Assembly (NCBI GenBank): GCA_003553085.1
Contig: PUPH01000031.1
Location: 3-64,002, forward strand
DNA: 64,000 nt
DNA from: Thermoplasmata archaeon
Lineage (GTDB): Archaea; Thermoplasmatota; Thermoplasmata; Halarchaeoplasmatales; Halarchaeoplasmataceae
Direction of reading: 5' to 3'
In this document: piece by piece, positions 57,864 through 64,000 of the stretch
Numbering within the stretch: the stretch's first letter is position 1
Layout of the letters: each line of letters begins with the position of its first letter
The notes under the pieces: generated by a model
Told to the model about the DNA's origin: nothing
Databases searched by the model: none
Seen by the model: only the letters and a program-made list of their open reading frames with translations
Translations under genes and position numbers: made by a program

Positions 57864-59087
57864 CTACACCTCTATCGTTTCTCCTTCGACGGGCAAACGA
57901 ACATCGTATTCATCAAGATCCTCAGCCACCAGTTCGCGTTTGTCACCGTGCATAAGAACTATCTTCTCAGGTTCACATCCGTGGGCAAAGTCGATGAGTT
58001 CGGAGTGACCGCCATGGGCACTGAAGTCGTACTTCTTCACACAGCACTCCACAGGCACCGTAGCTCCTCTATCGTGGACCATACCCGTGTTCAGTAATCG
58101 GTCTCCGTTGGTACCTTCCACCTGATATCCGGTCAAGAATATGGCACTGTTCGGATCCCTACGTTTGTTCATGATGTACTCCAGCACGGGACCGCCTTCC
58201 ACCATACCGCTGGTGGTCACTACTACCTCGGCCTCCTTTGCACGTTTTCTGCTCTTATTTGAATGTACTGGGTTCGCGTTACCAACGGCCTTTTTCAACG
58301 CCTTACCTTTCCTGAGGAAGCCCTGGTGATTGAGGTATATCTGATTCACCGTACGTCCCATACCGTCGAACCACACGTCGTAATCTCTATCGTTAAGGAC
58401 CATCAGTACTTCTTGAGTACGTCCCACTGCGAAGGCAGGAACGATGGCCTGGCCGCCTTTGGCTAAAACGTCGTCTATATCGTCTAAAAATTCCTTCTCA
58501 GACTCTTCTCTATCCTTATGTTCTTCTCCACCGTATGTTGCTTCTAATATCAATGTGTCACATTTTACCGGATGTGCACCCCAGAGCAATCTGCTGTTTC
58601 CAGTGTTCATATCTCCGGTGAACACCACAGTTTCCTCTCCCCTGAGCTCGGTCATCATGGACCCGGGTATGTGCCCTGCTGAGTGAACCTCTATCTCCAT
58701 TCCACCTATATCCCTCTTGGAGTTGAACCCCATGAGGTCGAAGGCGGCTTTGGTCCTTTTGATATCGCTTTTATCGTAATACTGTGGATAGCCCTCTATG
58801 TTGGCTATCTTCAAGCTGTCGTACAGCAGTAACTCAGTGACCTCTAAAGTCGGGTGTGTCGCCAGTACGTTAACATCGCACATCCTGACCAGAGAGGGTA
58901 TCATACCACAATGGTCCAGGTGCGAGTGAGTTAAGAAAGCTAAATCAACAAGCGGCGGTCGCATAGGGTATTCTGGAGGGTCCGCCGGAAGCATACCGTG
59001 ATCGAATATCAAAGTCGTATTCTTGTATTCCATAACCATGGAGAGGGGTCCGACTTTCGACACCCCTCCTAAGAAAGTCAGTTTCAT
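57864..59087 (-). CDS. Metallo-beta-lactamase / beta-CASP ribonuclease (no KH domains)
   Basis: THSHLDH, AGHIPGS, TGD, EATYG, FAVGRTQE, GYQVEGT, FSAH and MHGD motifs. Confidence 0.9.
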   Translation of the reverse strand: MKLTFLGGVSKVGPLSMVMEYKNTTLIFDHGMLPADPPEYPMRPPLVDLAFLTHSHLDHCGMIPSLVRMCDVNVLATHPTLEVTELLLYDSLKIANIEGYPQYYDKSDIKRTKAAFDLMGFNSKRDIGGMEIEVHSAGHIPGSMMTELRGEETVVFTGDMNTGNSRLLWGAHPVKCDTLILEATYGGEEHKDREESEKEFLDDIDDVLAKGGQAIVPAFAVGRTQEVLMVLNDRDYDVWFDGMGRTVNQIYLNHQGFLRKGKALKKAVGNANPVHSNKSRKRAKEAEVVVTTSGMVEGGPVLEYIMNKRRDPNSAIFLTGYQVEGTNGDRLLNTGMVHDRGATVPVECCVKKYDFSAHGGHSELIDFAHGCEPEKIVLMHGDKRELVAEDLDEYDVRLPVEGETIEV

Positions 59088-59169
59088 ATATTTTTCACCG
59101 TTTCTTTTTTTTTCAATATTGCTTAAACATTAAGGGGTGGTATATATTGGTTTTGTGTGTCTCTTTTGA

Positions 59170-59934
59170 TCAAAATTCGACTATAGCGGCCAAATTTTGC
59201 TCCTCCGGGTCGTATGTCCCTTCCATCTTTATACCGATCACCATCCCGTTCACAGGGGACTTAACCTCCGACCCCTCAAGCAGTCCCAGTATATCTCCTT
59301 CTTTGACCTCCATACCCGGTAGTATCATGGGTACGTAATATCCAGCCTTCTCTACTGAGAACTGCTGGTAGCTGTCGAAGAATCTTACCTTCTCCGGAGC
59401 ACGACCGGACAGGTAATCTTTCAAAGCGTCCTTGACCAGATCGAGTTCGTCCCTCAACCAGCGTCGCCCACCGGTTTCTATGATCATGGATGGGATACCG
59501 ATTTTCGAGAGCTCTAAAAACATTTGTTGAGAAGTTCCTGCGGTCTGAACCGCATATGGAATACCCATCCTTCTGCAGAACTCCCTGTTGTGATCCTTCC
59601 TCAGGTCGGTCAGCATGTAGGGAACACACCTTCCAGCTTTACCATAGGTGTGAAGATCGATCACCCGGTCGTAACGTTTGGCCTTACCGAACAACTCAGC
59701 GGCTATGACTTCTGATACGGTACCGTTCAGGTCCCCGGGGAAGCACCTATTTAGATCTTTACCGTCCTTCGGATTCTCTCTCATGCCTTCCTCGATGGCT
59801 TCGGGGTTGACTTCCGGGATCACGTCAACATTTTCCATACCGATACCCTCTATCCATCCCCTGAGCTCACGAGCTATCATTACACTGCCGATCTCGTCGC
59901 CATGTACGCCTGCAGTTATCAGCACCTTCTCCAT
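59170..59934 (-). CDS. Succinylglutamate desuccinylase/aspartoacylase family (M14-like) hydrolase
   Basis: AGVHGDE, DLNRCFPG, IDLHT and IETG motifs, with a biotinyl-lipoyl-like tail. Start refined to the ATG at 59934. Confidence 0.87.
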   Translation of the reverse strand: MEKVLITAGVHGDEIGSVMIARELRGWIEGIGMENVDVIPEVNPEAIEEGMRENPKDGKDLNRCFPGDLNGTVSEVIAAELFGKAKRYDRVIDLHTYGKAGRCVPYMLTDLRKDHNREFCRRMGIPYAVQTAGTSQQMFLELSKIGIPSMIIETGGRRWLRDELDLVKDALKDYLSGRAPEKVRFFDSYQQFSVEKAGYYVPMILPGMEVKEGDILGLLEGSEVKSPVNGMVIGIKMEGTYDPEEQNLAAIVEF

Positions 59935-60025
59935 GCTACTACATGAACTTTGCACCTTATATTCTTTTTTGAGATAGAAGCGTAAAGTTATAACCGTGGT
60001 CGTGTATTGTATCATCGGTGTCGAG

Positions 60026-60271
60026 ATGCAAGATACTGAAGAACTGAAAGAAGTCATGACGACTTTGAAAGAAACCATACCAACATTGATCTCCGGGATG
60101 ATAGAGGCTGTTTACAACGCTGAAGACGGCGAAAGTTTGGCTAGGATCACAGCGAGATTCTACCGGGAATTGGTGACTGCGGGGATGGATGAAGATAATG
60201 CCTTCCAACTCACCAGAGAATTCATGAAGAGTAGAGATGTGACCAACATCGCTAAGGAAGTGCTCAGATAG
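60026..60271 (+). CDS. Small hypothetical helical protein
   Basis: Acidic 81-aa ORF (FYRELVTAGMDEDNAFQLT) just upstream of the aldo/keto reductase. Confidence 0.65.
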   Translation: MQDTEELKEVMTTLKETIPTLISGMIEAVYNAEDGESLARITARFYRELVTAGMDEDNAFQLTREFMKSRDVTNIAKEVLR

Positions 60272-60280
60272 GTGGTCGAT

Positions 60281-61435
60281 ATGAGATACGATACGATAAA
60301 CGGGGATGAGATATCCGCTATAGGTATGGGGTGTTATGCTTTGAGCGGAGCTTACGGTTCCGTGGATCATCATAAGTACAGGAAGGTCATAGATAGGGCC
60401 ATCGAACTAGGTGTCGTTCTTTTCGATACCGCCGATACTTATGGAGAGGATGCTGAAAGGGTGTTGGGAGATGCATTAGTGAATGTCCGGGAAGATGTAT
60501 TCATCTCCACGAAAGTGGGGATCACCGAGGGTAAGAAGCCGGATCTTTCTTACGATTCAGTTGTGGATGCATGTAAAAATAGCCTTTCGCGACTAAAAAC
60601 TAATTACATCGATTTTTACTTGATACACTTCGATGACCCTGAAACCCCTGTAGAAGAGACTGTGGAGGCTTTAGAACATCTACAGGACGAGCAGATGATT
60701 TTACATTATGGTGTCAGCCATATACCCCATCAAAGGGTCGAAGAATATATCGAATTAGGGGACCCATCGATATTGATGTTCGAGTACAGTGCTGTGGCAA
60801 GGGACGCAGAATCAAGATTGTTCCCCCTATGTCGAAAACATGATCTAGCAGGTCTGGCTTTCAGCGTTACAGGGCGGGGTGTTCTTACAGGGAAGATAAC
60901 TCCTGAAACAGAATTCGGTGAGGGGGATATCCGGAACAACGACCCACTCTTCAAGTACGCTAGGTTCGGATCCGCTCTGAGGATTGCACGGAAGATGGAG
61001 GAGATCGGAAAAAAACACGATAAGACCCCTGTGCAGATGGCTATCGCATGGGTACTTTCGCACCCAGAGATAACCTGTGCCCTGACAGGTCCATCGTCCA
61101 TAGAGCACCTGGAAGAGAACGTTCAAGGTGCCGAATTCACTATCCCCGATGAGGACATGGAAGAGCTGGAACAGTTCCTCAAACAAGACCACCAACGTAT
61201 GCTGGAGGATGAGAGCGAGCTGTTAAAGAAACTACTCAAAGAACCATTGGACCAGAAAAGTGGGGTCAGTGATCTGGTATACGTTTTTGAGACCGCCATC
61301 TCACGAGGATGGGCTGAAGAAACGGACTTGATGCCGCTATTCATGCGATTGTGGAAGATGAAAGAGGATCCCGACAGTGCAGTCATGGAAGAGATCCAGT
61401 CTGTTCTCAAAGAAGGTCTGCTGGATAATATTTGA
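60281..61435 (+). CDS. Aldo/keto reductase with C-terminal extension
   Basis: IGMGC, FDTADTYG, STK, SL.RLKTNYID.Y.IH, GVS, Q.AIAW and LEENV motifs. Confidence 0.92.
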   Translation: MRYDTINGDEISAIGMGCYALSGAYGSVDHHKYRKVIDRAIELGVVLFDTADTYGEDAERVLGDALVNVREDVFISTKVGITEGKKPDLSYDSVVDACKNSLSRLKTNYIDFYLIHFDDPETPVEETVEALEHLQDEQMILHYGVSHIPHQRVEEYIELGDPSILMFEYSAVARDAESRLFPLCRKHDLAGLAFSVTGRGVLTGKITPETEFGEGDIRNNDPLFKYARFGSALRIARKMEEIGKKHDKTPVQMAIAWVLSHPEITCALTGPSSIEHLEENVQGAEFTIPDEDMEELEQFLKQDHQRMLEDESELLKKLLKEPLDQKSGVSDLVYVFETAISRGWAEETDLMPLFMRLWKMKEDPDSAVMEEIQSVLKEGLLDNI

Positions 61436-61436
61436 T

Positions 61437-61973
61437 CTAGGCTTCCATCTGTCCCTCTAGGAAAGCTGATATCCGTTCTACGTTCTCAAGGTTCTTTCCA
61501 TAATCCACAGCAGTTGTCGGAGAGACCGGTTCACTCAAAAAATATACGCTAGTTTTCTCCTCATCCACACTCTCCACCTTGAAGATGATCCTTTCTCCAA
61601 GTGTTTTGGATGACATCCCGGTCCTGCCAACGATACGGCCTTGAGAGCGGTCAAGTTTGTTGATAGATGCCTTTTTGATCTCTTTCAAAGATTCGATGCA
61701 AAGGTTGAAGGTTTTATCATAAGACAAAGATAGGACCATCCTCCTTTCTTGCTTGACTTCCAGCGCATCCTCATAATCTTCATAAGGGAGTTGCTTCACG
61801 GACCTGCGGTGTAGAAAACCGAGTATCAATGATAAAGTACTGCCCACGAACATACCTCCGATCAAACCAGCTATCAGACCTGCTGGAAAGCCCCTCTGCA
61901 TGTGATAAAAGGTCCCGAACACTAATCCGAAGGGGATACCGGTCGTTAGAAAGATCTTGATATATCTATCCAT
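61437..61973 (-). CDS. Hypothetical membrane protein
   Basis: Two N-terminal Gly-rich TM helices and a soluble domain ending DYGKNLENV. Confidence 0.7.
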   Translation of the reverse strand: MDRYIKIFLTTGIPFGLVFGTFYHMQRGFPAGLIAGLIGGMFVGSTLSLILGFLHRRSVKQLPYEDYEDALEVKQERRMVLSLSYDKTFNLCIESLKEIKKASINKLDRSQGRIVGRTGMSSKTLGERIIFKVESVDEEKTSVYFLSEPVSPTTAVDYGKNLENVERISAFLEGQMEA

Positions 61974-62053
61974 GTGAAGTACCTCCCCAACGACTCAGGT
62001 GTTGAATACTTTGACATCCGTGGGTCATGGAGTGCTTATCAAGAAGACGAAAA

Positions 62054-62671
62054 TTAAATCTTTTGTTGAGCATCGTCCATCATTTTGTATTTTCTTGCGA
62101 TGTTCTCATGTTTCTTCAACGCATCTTTTACGAAAGAATCCAGCAGCTCTTTTGCACCGTCGTTCTCTATGATACGACCTGAGATCGAACTTTGGGAATA
62201 ATTATGACTTTGCAAAAGGATTATTTCTTCGTGTTTCTTCAGGTCGGAAGACAACAGATCCACGGTTTCTTTACCACCGGATTCCTCATTACCTATCACG
62301 ATGTAGTACTTACTGACCCTTTCGAATCGGTTATACAATCGAACATCATGGAAAACACTTTGAGAGCGTTCTCTGAAAGCAAAATATTTCGAACAAGGAG
62401 CGCCGCTGTAGATAGGGACACTGATGAATACCAGGTCGTGATCCACTATCTCTCCATATATATCGGAAATATCATCGGATTTTGGACAGTCTTTATCTGG
62501 ATCAAAACATTGATACTTGCACTCGCTGCAAGGGGCGATGTTGTGATCATTCATCTCGATGAGGTGACTATCCACTCCTTCTTCGTCAAGGATATCTGAT
62601 ATGTGATCCAACGTACCAAGGCAGTTGCCCATGGTTTTCCTACCACTGAAGGACAATAACAGAGCTTTCAT
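62054..62671 (-). CDS. Flavodoxin-like / iron-sulfur flavoprotein (NADPH-dependent FMN reductase family)
   Basis: SGRK..GN, C-x2-C-x3-C-x6-C cluster, DD, PIY and ER motifs. Confidence 0.8.
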   Translation of the reverse strand: MKALLLSFSGRKTMGNCLGTLDHISDILDEEGVDSHLIEMNDHNIAPCSECKYQCFDPDKDCPKSDDISDIYGEIVDHDLVFISVPIYSGAPCSKYFAFRERSQSVFHDVRLYNRFERVSKYYIVIGNEESGGKETVDLLSSDLKKHEEIILLQSHNYSQSSISGRIIENDGAKELLDSFVKDALKKHENIARKYKMMDDAQQKI

Positions 62672-62817
62672 AGTACCAGCGTCCTCTCATAGTTCATAAT
62701 CTTTCTACGTACATACTTGTAAATTAAATCTTTGCTGTGTTAAGGGGAATACCCAAGCTACAAAAATTTATTTAAGGTGTATGCTATCATAATATAGCAC
62801 AGATAAAGGGATCCACT

Positions 62818-63552
62818 ATGGAAAAGACTAAACAAGGTTTAAAATATTCGATGACGGGATTGTTATCAGCTACCCTGGGGATGATGGGGTTTTTTATGCT
62901 AGGTTTTCAACATTATCTATTGAGGGATATTGAAGAGGTAGGAGCAACCTCTATAAGTTTCGCAGGTTTTGGGATCCTCCTATCCATGATAGCTATGGGT
63001 TTCCTTCTAGTCGGGATAGTAAACCTTAGAAAGGACTCCGATGAGTTAGGGGATGATCACAAAATGAATGTTCAGAAGAGCTCACGATTTTTAGCTTTTG
63101 GGATCATCTTTTTCATATTGTTTATTTTGCTACTGTTCGTGTTCGGATCACGGCCCGTGGTGCGTGCGGACACACCCCAAGAAACCATAAATGAGATCAA
63201 AATTCTTATCTTCGCCTTACAGATATCATCCATAATTTCAACAGTTTTTATCTGCCTTGCAGCGGTTTACCAAATATATGACGTAGTTTCAGGATTATGG
63301 AGAAAGATACTTTGGTCTGCTGCGGGAACTGGTATCGTCTCAACTTTGGTAGGATTCGGGATGTTCTTTTCGATCTACATAGGGAACGATTTCGTGGACG
63401 TCATAAGAAGATTCGATACATCACATTTTTTGACCAAAGGGTTCGCATTCATCGCGTATGGGATCTTTTTTGTGACTTATTTAACCGTCTACATCAACCT
63501 GAAAAGAGACGGATCTGAAAAGGAAAAAGATAATAAAAATCCTTTTCAATAA
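62818..63552 (+). CDS. Hypothetical polytopic membrane protein
   Basis: About 6 hydrophobic helices; upstream TTTATTTAA box. Confidence 0.7.
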   Translation: MEKTKQGLKYSMTGLLSATLGMMGFFMLGFQHYLLRDIEEVGATSISFAGFGILLSMIAMGFLLVGIVNLRKDSDELGDDHKMNVQKSSRFLAFGIIFFILFILLLFVFGSRPVVRADTPQETINEIKILIFALQISSIISTVFICLAAVYQIYDVVSGLWRKILWSAAGTGIVSTLVGFGMFFSIYIGNDFVDVIRRFDTSHFLTKGFAFIAYGIFFVTYLTVYINLKRDGSEKEKDNKNPFQ

Positions 63553-63558
63553 CAGATC

Positions 63559-64000
63559 ATGACGGATCTGAAATTCGGAGTGTGTGGTAACCTCGATTGG
63601 CACGGTACACCCGATGAATTGAACCCGATATCCACATTGAAGAGAAATGATGTTGGGGAATTACTGCTAAAACTCAACAGGGAACCTATGGGAAAAAGTG
63701 ATCTCATTGATGAATACGGTGATCTAGAAGAGGAGATCGAAAAGCTGCTCAGATTAGGGGCTTTGAGAGAAGATGATCTGGTTTATGTAAACTTCACATT
63801 CATAGATGAAAAAGACAGCGATCACGTGTTCAGAGAAAGCGAGCCTTTTGCCAGACGTTTATGTGGATCGATCATGGAGAATAAGGGTACACTGTATGAA
63901 ACACTCGATAGATACGATAATCCTGAGGTTTCTAAAGAAAAGCTCGCCTTCTTCATAATAGGCTGTTACCTACTCGATTGGGGCGCGTTGGAGATGTTCC
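63559..64000 (+). CDS. 3'-truncated hypothetical protein
   Basis: Open frame from ATG 63559 (MTDLKFGVCGNLDWHG...) to the window end. It is absent from the ORF track because it has no stop in the window. Confidence 0.7.
   Translation, partial: MTDLKFGVCGNLDWHGTPDELNPISTLKRNDVGELLLKLNREPMGKSDLIDEYGDLEEEIEKLLRLGALREDDLVYVNFTFIDEKDSDHVFRESEPFARRLCGSIMENKGTLYETLDRYDNPEVSKEKLAFFIIGCYLLDWGALEMF

Noticed and set aside
59935..60078. N-terminal 48 aa of ORF 59170..60078
   Set aside because: It overlaps the divergent gene and promoter region; the family domain starts at MEKVLI (59934).

Overview
Archaeal chromosomal window, most consistent with a salt-adapted Thermoplasmatota lineage (inferred from archaeal TFB, Gar1, Alba, Rpo7/Spt4, RFC, PurP and NurA-HerA, GGAGG-type ribosome-binding sites, U-tract terminators, and very acidic secreted proteins). 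It is mostly housekeeping genes: DNA repair, cysS, the rpoE-rps24e-rps27ae operon, RIO1/KH, TFB, cofactor genes and two TldD/PmbA pairs. No mobile element or CRISPR array was seen. Two things stand out. (1) A 13.4-kb tandem array of four secreted peptidases from three families (M14, S8, M28, M14) all carry the same ~560-580-aa C-terminal cassette, which ends in an uncharacterised ~165-aa two-repeat domain and has no membrane anchor; this is a candidate sorting or docking system for surface proteases. (2) A tRNA-Arg(CCG) gene, invisible in the ORF track, is split by two 32-nt non-canonical introns (D-loop and T-loop, relaxed bulge-helix-bulge (BHB) motifs), and its first nucleotide is the last base of the rps27ae stop codon. 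All product calls come from motif recognition only; no database search was run.
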